Shown piece after piece: positions 1 to 7,492 of a DNA stretch of 61,274 bases. The DNA is from Chloroflexota bacterium. Its GTDB lineage: Bacteria > Chloroflexota > Dehalococcoidia > Lucifugimonadales > Australimonadaceae. The notes beneath the pieces are model-generated. The model ran no database searches, was not told where the DNA came from, and saw only the letters and a program-made list of their open reading frames with translations. The stretch is from contig JAYNIL010000004.1 of assembly GCA_038109085.1 (NCBI GenBank), positions 1-61,274 on the forward strand, written 5' to 3'. The position numbers and the translations under genes are program-made. Numbering within the stretch: position 1 is the stretch's first letter; every line of letters starts with the position of its first letter.

Positions 1-787
1 AGATGACCAGGTGGGCGCCCGGCCCGTGGCGGTGGCCCTTCTTGTAGGTGCCCACAGGGAACTCGGAGACGTGAGACTTGGTGATGTTGCCGGCCATGTC
101 GAAGTGGGTGTTCACCCCACCGGCGCCACGGTCCTTGTAGTCCCACAGAGGCATGCTGTCCACGTTGGGGATGAAGTTCGACTTCCACATGGTGCCGAAC
201 TTGGAGCCCTTGCGCCGGTACACCTGGCCCTGGCCGGAGAAGTAAGACTCGTCCCCCTCCCCGCCGAACCGATCCGTGAAGTGGAAGGGGTTGTTGAAGA
301 TGAAATCCTTGGACTTGAACATGCGCATCACGGGCGGCGCATTGGTCATAGAGACGTAGCGCGCGGGCTGCGAACCCGATCCGTTGAAGTGCTGATAGGT
401 GGCGTTCATTGGGATGGACACCATAGAACCCGGAGCCCACTCGAAGGTCACCTTGTTCCTCTCGTCCATCCACACCGAGGTGGCGCCCCGTCCGGAGACG
501 ACGTACATCACCTCCTCGTACATGTGATGCTCTGGCTCTGATTTGCCGCCGGGAGCGATTTCGACCACGTGGCAGTCGTTGGGCAACGCCGGGTTGGGGA
601 TGTTGATTATGGCACCCTTGCCACCCTTACGCTCCCAGTTCCCCAGCGGAATCTCATTCATGTCCTCGAAGGCGTAGTCAACGATGACGGGCACGCCCTC
701 GGCTTTCTGCCACGCGTAGTACGCGTCCGGCTCTTCCCACAGTTCCATGGTCTCGGGCGTTTCTGCCCGGCGCACTTCCTCAGGCAT
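1..787 (-). CDS. bicupin-domain protein (dioxygenase-like); C-terminus runs off the window
   Basis: Absent from the ORF track because there is no stop in the window. The reverse complement from ATG at 787 (SD GGAGGTG at 794-800) reads MPEEVRRAETPETMELWEEPDAYYAWQKAEGVPV...SEFPVGTYKKGHRHGPGAHLVI. It is a collinear paralog of CDS 38614-39789, sharing SGRGATSVW, HFNGSGS and SEFPVGTYKK.HRHGPGAH. Confidence 0.85.
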   Translation of the reverse strand, partial: MPEEVRRAETPETMELWEEPDAYYAWQKAEGVPVIVDYAFEDMNEIPLGNWERKGGKGAIINIPNPALPNDCHVVEIAPGGKSEPEHHMYEEVMYVVSGRGATSVWMDERNKVTFEWAPGSMVSIPMNATYQHFNGSGSQPARYVSMTNAPPVMRMFKSKDFIFNNPFHFTDRFGGEGDESYFSGQGQVYRRKGSKFGTMWKSNFIPNVDSMPLWDYKDRGAGGVNTHFDMAGNITKSHVSEFPVGTYKKGHRHGPGAHLVI

Positions 788-965
788 CAGTGCACCTCCT
801 TGCTCATGCTTGGACGGGAGAACCATACCGCAAATTGCCACCGCGCGCAGTGCCCTGTAGGCGTAGGCTGGGTCCTCAAAGACTATAGCTGGATCGACCA
901 CGACCTTGGGTCCACCGACCACGCTAGCGGGCAGACACTCCACAGGGAACCGGCTCAGATACGAA

Positions 966-997
966 GAGGCCAGCAGCCCGGTCGGGCCGCTGGCCTC
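966..997 (-). terminator. stem-loop downstream of the ferredoxin gene
   Basis: GAGGCCAGC (966-974) pairs with GCTGGCCTC (989-997), with an inner GCCCG/CGGGC stem. It lies just 3' of the minus-strand ferredoxin stop. There is no clean U-tract. Confidence 0.5.
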
Positions 998-1019
998 GCT
1001 GTGCCGCAGGAACGGAGAG

Positions 1020-1304
1020 CTAGCCCTTGATGGCGCCTACGCGGGCCCGCACGGCGTCCTTGTCCTTAAAGTAGTTTATGTTCAGCTCCACGAACTCCTT
1101 CTGGTCCGCGGGGATCCGGTCATCGGAGAAGATGGCCGTCGTCGGGCAGGAGGGCTCGCAGGCGCCGCACTCGATACAGTCGTCCGGGTTAATGAAGAGC
1201 ATCCGATCGGTGCCCTCCTCGTGGATGATGCAGTCCACGGGGCACACCTCGAGGCAGCTCTTGTCCATCACATCAATACATGCCCCAGTCACCACGAAAG
1301 CCAC
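1020..1304 (-). CDS. 7Fe-type ferredoxin (3Fe-4S plus 4Fe-4S, FdxA-like)
   Basis: 94 aa. Motifs CIDVMDKSCLEVCPVDCI and CIECGACEPSCP. GTG start with GGAGGTG SD. Confidence 0.9.
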   Translation of the reverse strand: MAFVVTGACIDVMDKSCLEVCPVDCIIHEEGTDRMLFINPDDCIECGACEPSCPTTAIFSDDRIPADQKEFVELNINYFKDKDAVRARVGAIKG

Positions 1305-1454
1305 GCCTCACCTCCATGGGCCCTGCAGGCCAGGGCGCACTCGACGGCAGTTTTTTAACGGGGATGCTCCGGTGCTGTCTCTTGTACAAGCGCCGCTCTC
1401 GGGCCCCACGGCGTGGGATTCTAGCACGCCTGTGACGCCGCGCCCAGACCGGAT

Positions 1455-2849
1455 TCAGTCCTGCGTGAGCGCTCCCGCCAGCCCGACCAGCGTAGGCTCG
1501 GCCTCCAGCGTCCATGCCCGCGCCAGCAGTGCCGCGGCAGCGCCTGCACCGAGCGGCCCGTCGGCCAGCGCGTGGAACTTGGCCTCCACCTCGTCCCGAG
1601 TGGGTGGCAGTCCCGGCCCGCCTCGGGCGCTGGTTACGTCCACCATCAGGGTGCGACCGTCGGCCAGCACCACCTCCAAGCGGGCGGGGAGCGCCTGGGG
1701 GAAGCGCGCCGTCATGGCCTTCTCCTCTACCACGCGGATGCGCTGCAGCAACGTGCGCACATCACGAGAGCCCATGCGCTGGGGAGTGAACTGGCGCTCC
1801 GTCACTTCGCCGTCGGCCAGTGCCACCGCCACCAGGTAGGGAATTGAGTGGTCGGCGGTCTCCCGCTCGCGCACGTCCCACTTCTCAGCACCGGTGGCGC
1901 AGGAGCGGACGGCGTGGGCGTAGGTGGCGACAATGATGACCACGGGCTCGGCCCCCCGCATGCGCTCACGCGCAGTCAACGCCGCCTGTATCGCCGCCTG
2001 TGCGTTGTACTGGGCTGGGAAGCGCTTGATAGAGGTGAGGGCGGCATGGAAGGGAGCCGTCCCGCCTTCGGACAACGGCTGCCCACCAAGCGCGGGTAAT
2101 GCCGGCTCCTCGCCCAGAAGCGCGGCCAGGCCTCCCTCGCCACTGAAGGGCGCCTCAGGACCGGTCATCCCAGCCGCCGCCAGGTGCGCTGCCTGCACCC
2201 CGGCCTGGGCCGCCTGGGCGGGAGCACCTGCCTTCCACATGGACAAGCGACCCGCGCGCGCCACACGCAGCGAGGGATTGGCCACGGCGGCCATGGCGAT
2301 GGCGTGGGCCGTGCGCCCGGCGTCAAGCCCCAGGGCTCGCGATGCACCGGCGGCTACGGCGATGGCAACGTGCAGAGAGTGGTCGATGCCCGCCGAGGCC
2401 AGGCGCTCGGCCTCACCCAGCCCGCAGAACACCTCATACGCCGCGCTCATGGCCACCAACGCCTCGCGGCCGGAGCATCCCGCCGCCTCCGCGGCGGCGA
2501 GCACCCCCGCCAGCGCGTCGGAAGGGTGGCCGCCCTCGCGGGCGAAGTAGGTGTCGTTGAAGTCCAGGTAGCGCACCGCCAGGGTGTTGGCGAAGGCCGC
2601 CCACTCAGAGGTGGAAGGTGCGCCGGTGCCCCACACGGTGGCCGTGGGGCCGCCGCTTGGCAGGGGCGCCAGGGAACGGGCGATGGCCGCAGGCTCACCC
2701 GCCAGCCCCCCTGCAGCGCACCCCAGAGTGTCCACCAGGCGGGTTTTGAGGCCGTCCAACGCGTCGGGGGTGAGATGCTCCCAGCGCAGACCGGCAGCGT
2801 AGCCCGCCAGGTGGGCCAGCAGCGGGTCGGAGGCCGGTGCGCCTGCCAT
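1455..2849 (-). CDS. MmgE/PrpD-family protein (2-methylcitrate dehydratase superfamily)
   Basis: 464 aa. The N-terminus LAHLAGYAAGLRWEHLTPDALDGLKTRLVDTLGCAAGG and the overall length fit the PrpD family. Confidence 0.8.
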   Translation of the reverse strand: MAGAPASDPLLAHLAGYAAGLRWEHLTPDALDGLKTRLVDTLGCAAGGLAGEPAAIARSLAPLPSGGPTATVWGTGAPSTSEWAAFANTLAVRYLDFNDTYFAREGGHPSDALAGVLAAAEAAGCSGREALVAMSAAYEVFCGLGEAERLASAGIDHSLHVAIAVAAGASRALGLDAGRTAHAIAMAAVANPSLRVARAGRLSMWKAGAPAQAAQAGVQAAHLAAAGMTGPEAPFSGEGGLAALLGEEPALPALGGQPLSEGGTAPFHAALTSIKRFPAQYNAQAAIQAALTARERMRGAEPVVIIVATYAHAVRSCATGAEKWDVRERETADHSIPYLVAVALADGEVTERQFTPQRMGSRDVRTLLQRIRVVEEKAMTARFPQALPARLEVVLADGRTLMVDVTSARGGPGLPPTRDEVEAKFHALADGPLGAGAAAALLARAWTLEAEPTLVGLAGALTQD

Positions 2850-2852
2850 GCG

Positions 2853-3491
2853 CTAGCCCAGCACCACGCTGACCATGCGCCGCTCGAGCCGCTGGGCCAG
2901 GTCCGTCGCCAGCTCGCGCAGCACCACATCGCGCTTGGCAACCACGTATGCCACGCCCAGCAGGCAACCCAGCTGGAAGTCGATGATGGTGGAGGCGATA
3001 TCCACGCCCTGCATCTGGTGCAACAGCATCAGCCCCGCGGCGTGCTCATGGAATCCGCGCGCCTCCACCAGCTCCGCCCCGGTCAGGCGCCCGCCCTCCG
3101 GCTCATCCTGGCCGACGCGCTCGCGCATTTCCTTGATGAACACCTGGTCTATCCAGTGCTCCACGTCCAGGGGGCCTCTAAACAGGTGCACCACCGTGGC
3201 GGCCTGGAGTATCTCAGCAGGCTCCTCGGCCAGCGTCGCGGCTCCGCGCGGTGCGGCGAACTCGCGGGCAACGCCACCCAGGCGGCCCAGGTCGGCCAGC
3301 CCTGATGCGTTGCGCCCGCTCAGGCCCGTGGAGGCCATTGCCTCGTTGTCCAGGTCCCGGTCGGCCAGCGTCTCGAAGCCACGCAGATCGGCGGGCAGGT
3401 CGGCCCCGTCCAGCAGCATCAGCGGCAGGTCGCCCAGCCCCATCCCGCAGGCGTCGACGTCCAGACGCCCGCCGGTACGCACCTCGGTCAT
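2853..3491 (-). CDS. hypothetical protein (212 aa), operon-embedded orphan
   Basis: The ORF has varied, non-shadow amino-acid composition. Its start overlaps the CitE-like stop (ATGA at 3488-3491). Its stop lies 3 nt before the PrpD-family start. I recognise no motif. Confidence 0.6.
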   Translation of the reverse strand: MTEVRTGGRLDVDACGMGLGDLPLMLLDGADLPADLRGFETLADRDLDNEAMASTGLSGRNASGLADLGRLGGVAREFAAPRGAATLAEEPAEILQAATVVHLFRGPLDVEHWIDQVFIKEMRERVGQDEPEGGRLTGAELVEARGFHEHAAGLMLLHQMQGVDIASTIIDFQLGCLLGVAYVVAKRDVVLRELATDLAQRLERRMVSVVLG

Positions 3492-4399
3492 AACGATGCC
3501 CTGCTCGCCCGGGCGGTGATGGCCTCGTGCCGGGCGAGCAGCCGGCGCGCCCGCTCCACCACGGGTATGTCCACCATCTTCCCGTCCAGGGCGAAGGACG
3601 CGCGTCCTTCGGCGGCGGCGGCCTTGTCCGCCTCGATGATGCGCCGCGCCTGCGCAGCGGCCTCATCGCTAACCCCGAAGGCCTCGTTAAGCACCGACAC
3701 CACAGCGGGGTGGATGCACGAGGCGCCCTCGAAGCCGAACTTGCGCGACCGGAATGCCGTCTCCCGCACCGCGGGGAGGTCCGTGTAGTCGGCCACGGTG
3801 CCGATGATGCCCAGGGGCGCGATGCCCGCCGCGCGTGCGGCGTAAATGGACTGCTGCTTGGGGTAGAGTAGGGTGTCGGCGTCGGGGTGCGCGCCCACGT
3901 CGGTGGACAGGTCCTCCGCACCGATGGTGAGAGCGTCCAGCCTCCCTGTGGCCGTGGCGACCTCGTGGATCTGGAAAAAGGCGTGGGCCGTCTCGATCAT
4001 CGCCACGAATCCCGTCGAGCCGATGGGCATGCCCCGCTGGGCCTCCAGCTCGCTCACCACCTCGTCCAGCAGGCGCAAATGGCCCGGCCCCTCCACCTTG
4101 GTGACGAAGATGCCGCGCACCGCCGGACCCACGGCGGCCTCCAGGTCAGGGATAGCCAGACGCAGCGGGCGGTTGATGCGCACGAGCACGTCGGCCCCGG
4201 CCTGGCCCACCCGTGCCGCCGTCTCCTGCAGGCCCTGGCGGGCGTTGGCCTTCTCAGCCGGGGGGACAGAGTCCTCCAGGTCCAGGATGATGCCGTCGGC
4301 GCCACGCTGGTGGGCCTTGGCGACGTAGCGCTCCACGTTAGCCGGGACATACAGCAGCGAGCGCCACACCGGAAGCGCGCGGGGGGATAGCTGGCTCAT
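3488..4399 (-). CDS. HpcH/HpaI aldolase / citrate lyase beta (CitE)-like acyl-CoA lyase
   Basis: 303 aa. LLYVPANVERYVAKAHQRGADGIILDLEDSV and MIETAHAF are typical of CitE, malyl-CoA and citramalyl-CoA lyases. Confidence 0.85.
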   Translation of the reverse strand: MSQLSPRALPVWRSLLYVPANVERYVAKAHQRGADGIILDLEDSVPPAEKANARQGLQETAARVGQAGADVLVRINRPLRLAIPDLEAAVGPAVRGIFVTKVEGPGHLRLLDEVVSELEAQRGMPIGSTGFVAMIETAHAFFQIHEVATATGRLDALTIGAEDLSTDVGAHPDADTLLYPKQQSIYAARAAGIAPLGIIGTVADYTDLPAVRETAFRSRKFGFEGASCIHPAVVSVLNEAFGVSDEAAAQARRIIEADKAAAAEGRASFALDGKMVDIPVVERARRLLARHEAITARASRASL

Positions 4400-5622
4400 C
4401 CGATCACTCCCCTGGCCCGCAGCGCGGCGAGCCCATCAGCGTTGATGCCCAACCCACCCAACAGCTCATCGTTGTGCTGGCCGAGGGCGGGGGCAGGATA
4501 GCGGAAGCCACCTGGCGTGCGGGAGAGGCGCGGGTTCACATTCTGCATGGGCAGCCCGCCCACATCGGCGTCGGGCACCTCCACCACCACCTCTCGCTCG
4601 ATGACGTGCTCATCCTGCAGAAACTGGGCGATGTCGTAAACGGGACCCGCCGTCACGCCCGCTTCTCCAAATAAGCGCAACGCCTCGTCCAGCGTGCGCT
4701 GGGCCACCCACCCACCCACGATGGAATCCACCTCCTCGCGGTGGGCGACGCGGTCGGCATTGGTGGCGAAGCGCGGGTCGGCCACCAGCTCCGGACAGCC
4801 AACCACGGCGAACACCCGCTCCGCCATGGACTGGATCGACGCCGAGAGAGCCACCCAATTGCCATCGGCGGTGGGGTAGACGTTGCGCGGGGCCGAGGTA
4901 TTGGATCCGTTGCCCACGCGGGGCTTGACCTGCTTGCTCACCGCGTAGTCGGCGGACTCGGCCCCCAGCGCCGTCACCAGCGGCTCCAGAAGAGAGAGGT
5001 CCAGCACCTGCCCGCGCCCTGACGCATCGCGCTCCCGCAGCGCCGCCAGGGTGGCGAAGGCTCCGGACAGCCCGGCCATCATGTCGGCCAGGGCCATGGG
5101 CGGCACCAGAGGCTCACGGTCCGGGAACCCGTTGCGTGCGGCGAACCCGCTCATGGCCTCGATGAGCGTGCCGAAGCCGGGCTTCTCCCGGTACGGCCCC
5201 GTCTGCCCGAAGCCGGAGATGCGCACGATGACCAGGCGTGGGTTCTCGGCCATCAGGGCTTCGGGATTGAGCCCCATCTGCTCCAGGCGACCGGGGATCA
5301 TGTTCTCGATGAGCACGTCGGCCCCGGCGCACAGGCGGCGCAGCAGATCAACGCCGTCCTGCTCGCGCAGGTTCACAGAGAGCGACTTCTTGTTGCGGCA
5401 GTACGTCTTCCAGTAGGTGGGGACGCCCCGGGAGCCCCAGGCCCGCAGCGGGTCGCCGTGGGGGAGCGCCTCTACCTTCACCACCTCCGCGCCGAAGTCG
5501 GCCAGCTGGAGGGAGAGCATGTTCCCGGCGATGAGCCGCGTCATGTCCAGCACCCGCAGCCCGGCCAGGGGGCCGCGCAGGGTGGGGTCGAAGGCGATGG
5601 GGTGCATGGCGGGCTCCGGCAT
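4396..5622 (-). CDS. family III CoA-transferase (CaiB/BaiF)
   Basis: 408 aa. LAGLRVLDMTRLIAGNMLSLQLADFGAEVVKVE is a typical family N-terminus. ATGA overlap with the downstream CitE-like gene. Confidence 0.88.
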   Translation of the reverse strand: MPEPAMHPIAFDPTLRGPLAGLRVLDMTRLIAGNMLSLQLADFGAEVVKVEALPHGDPLRAWGSRGVPTYWKTYCRNKKSLSVNLREQDGVDLLRRLCAGADVLIENMIPGRLEQMGLNPEALMAENPRLVIVRISGFGQTGPYREKPGFGTLIEAMSGFAARNGFPDREPLVPPMALADMMAGLSGAFATLAALRERDASGRGQVLDLSLLEPLVTALGAESADYAVSKQVKPRVGNGSNTSAPRNVYPTADGNWVALSASIQSMAERVFAVVGCPELVADPRFATNADRVAHREEVDSIVGGWVAQRTLDEALRLFGEAGVTAGPVYDIAQFLQDEHVIEREVVVEVPDADVGGLPMQNVNPRLSRTPGGFRYPAPALGQHNDELLGGLGINADGLAALRARGVIG

Positions 5623-5642
5623 TGGGCTGCGGGCATTCTAGT

Positions 5643-5743
5643 CCCCGATCGCTGCGTTCGCTTGATGGAAGGGGAACTCTCTCTTCGACCCTAGAGGGCC
5701 TACTCACGTCTCCGCACCTTCGGCGGGTGCTCATGGCAGCAGG
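5643..5743. repeat. copy A of a roughly 100-nt three-hairpin intergenic element
   Basis: Aligns by hand to 14344-14445 on the same strand, with about four fifths of positions identical and one 1-nt gap. Hairpins at 5668-5686, 5687-5700 and 5714-5730. Confidence 0.75.
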
Positions 5744-5799
5744 CCCGTGGCCAGCACCTGGGCCCTTCACCATTCGGCGCATGCGCACTGGCTAGCCAT

Positions 5800-5811
5800 T
5801 ACAATTACAAT
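5800..5811 (+). promoter_or_regulatory. tandem TACAAT -10 boxes; leaderless-type promoter for the rhodanese gene
   Basis: TACAATTACAAT. The second hexamer ends 6 nt before ATG 5818, and no SD lies between them. Confidence 0.45.
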
Positions 5812-5817
5812 CTCCCC

Positions 5818-7416
5818 ATGCGACACCTCTCCCCCGCTCAGCTGCGCGAGTTGATGGGCTCCGGAACGCCCCACGCGGTGCTGGACGTGCGGGAGGGCGG
5901 TGAGTACAACACCGCCCACATCCCCCGCTCCACCTCCCTGCCCAGGCGCTGGCTGGAGTGGCGCGCGGGCCGCCTGATGCCCCACACCGGCATCACGGTG
6001 GCGGTGGTGGATGACGATGGGCGGCGCGCCGCGCTGGCCTCGGCCACGCTGGAGGCGATGGGCTACACGGACGTCTGCGTGCTGCAGGGGGGCCTGTTCC
6101 GGTGGGTGACCGACGGGCTGCCCACCGAGTGGGGCGTGAACGTGCCCTCGAAGGTCTTCGGCGAGCGGGTGCTCACCGAGCAGGCAGTGACGGAGATAGG
6201 GCCCGACGAGCTACGCGCGTGGATGGACGGGGGCCGCGAGGTCCTGCTGCTGGACTCGCGCACGCCGGAGGAGCACGCCTCGGCCACCCTACCCGGCTCG
6301 CGCTCACTGCCGGGCGGAGAGCTGGCACTGCGGTTCGCGGCGCTGAACCCGCCTCCCGGCGTGCCGGTGGTGGTGCACTGCGCGGGCCGCACCCGCTCCA
6401 TCATGGGCGCGCGCACCCTGGCCCGCCTGGGCGTGGAGAACGTGCTGGCGTTGCGCAACGGCACCATGGGCTGGGCGATGGCAGGCAGCGCGCTGGAGCA
6501 CGGGAGCACGCGCACGCAGCCCCCCGAGGTGGACACGGCGCAGCGCATGGAGGCCGACACGCGGGTGCGCGCGCTGGCCGAGGCCGATGGAGTGCGCCCC
6601 GTGGACGCGGCAGGGGTGCGGGCACTCCTGGCGGAGGCGTCGGATCGCACGGTCTACTGCGTGGACGTGCGCACCCGCGAGGAGTACCAGGCCGGGCACA
6701 TCCCCGGCTTCGTCTGGTTCCCCGGCGGCCAGCTGGTGCAGGCAACCGACGAGGTGGTGGCGGTGCAGGACGCAACGCTGGTGCTGGCGTGCGATGGGTG
6801 GGCGCGCGCGGGCTTAGCGGCCTCCTGGCTGCGCCAGATGGGCCACGCGGACGTGCGGGTGCTGGACGGCGGCACCGTTGCGTGGACGAGCGCAGGTGGC
6901 GCGCTGGAGAGCGGCGACGGGCTGGCCGAGCCCTTCGGCCTCGCTGAGGCCCGCGCCAGCGTGCCCACGCTGGATGCCGGATCGCTGGGCGCCATAGCCA
7001 CCCACGGCGCGGACATCCCCGACGCCCCGGTGGTGCTGTACGTCGGCACCAGCCGCGAGTTCAGCGCCGGCCACGTGCCGGGCGCGCGCTGGGTTCCCCG
7101 CGGCTGGCTGGAGGAGCAGGCACCAGCGCTGCTGGAGGATGCGGGTGTGGCGGTGGTGACAGTGTGCGCGGACGGCGCCCAGTCACTGCTGGCCGCGCGC
7201 ACGCTCCAGCGGCGGGGCCACGTGAGCGTCAGCGCCCTGGAGGGCGGCATGCGAGCGTGGCGGGCGGCCCAGCTGCCGGAGGAACATGGGCTCACCGGCG
7301 TGCTGACACCGCCCCAGGACATGGTGCTGACGGGGACGGAGCGCTCCGGCGCCGACATGATGCGCTATCTCCAGTGGGAGTTGGAGCTGGGGGAGCGGCG
7401 CGGGCACGGCGGCTGA
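5818..7416 (+). CDS. four-domain rhodanese-like sulfurtransferase
   Basis: 532 aa with four rhodanese repeats. Active-site loops are VVDDDGRRA (no Cys), HCAGRTRS, LACDGWARAG and VCADGAQS. Confidence 0.85.
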   Translation: MRHLSPAQLRELMGSGTPHAVLDVREGGEYNTAHIPRSTSLPRRWLEWRAGRLMPHTGITVAVVDDDGRRAALASATLEAMGYTDVCVLQGGLFRWVTDGLPTEWGVNVPSKVFGERVLTEQAVTEIGPDELRAWMDGGREVLLLDSRTPEEHASATLPGSRSLPGGELALRFAALNPPPGVPVVVHCAGRTRSIMGARTLARLGVENVLALRNGTMGWAMAGSALEHGSTRTQPPEVDTAQRMEADTRVRALAEADGVRPVDAAGVRALLAEASDRTVYCVDVRTREEYQAGHIPGFVWFPGGQLVQATDEVVAVQDATLVLACDGWARAGLAASWLRQMGHADVRVLDGGTVAWTSAGGALESGDGLAEPFGLAEARASVPTLDAGSLGAIATHGADIPDAPVVLYVGTSREFSAGHVPGARWVPRGWLEEQAPALLEDAGVAVVTVCADGAQSLLAARTLQRRGHVSVSALEGGMRAWRAAQLPEEHGLTGVLTPPQDMVLTGTERSGADMMRYLQWELELGERRGHGG

Positions 7417-7437
7417 TTCGGGTGAGGCTGAGCGAAA

Positions 7438-7471
7438 GCAGAGGGCCCCGGCGGTTGCCGGGGCCCTCTGC
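7438..7471. terminator. bidirectional intrinsic terminator between convergent genes
   Basis: Perfect 15-bp stem GCAGAGGGCCCCGGC / GCCGGGGCCCTCTGC with loop GGTT. It is flanked by TTTG on the plus strand and TTTCGCT on the minus strand. Confidence 0.8.
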
Positions 7472-7492
7472 TTTGCATGAGCGGGGAGCCGG

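Noticed and set aside
5730-5788. Short peptide reading frames starting at the conserved ATGAGC inside both copies of the three-hairpin element (MSTRRRCGD... and MSARRGRGD...).
   Set aside because: A 1-nt indel between the copies shifts the frame, and substitutions are not biased to third positions. Similarity is at the nucleotide and structure level, not the protein level.
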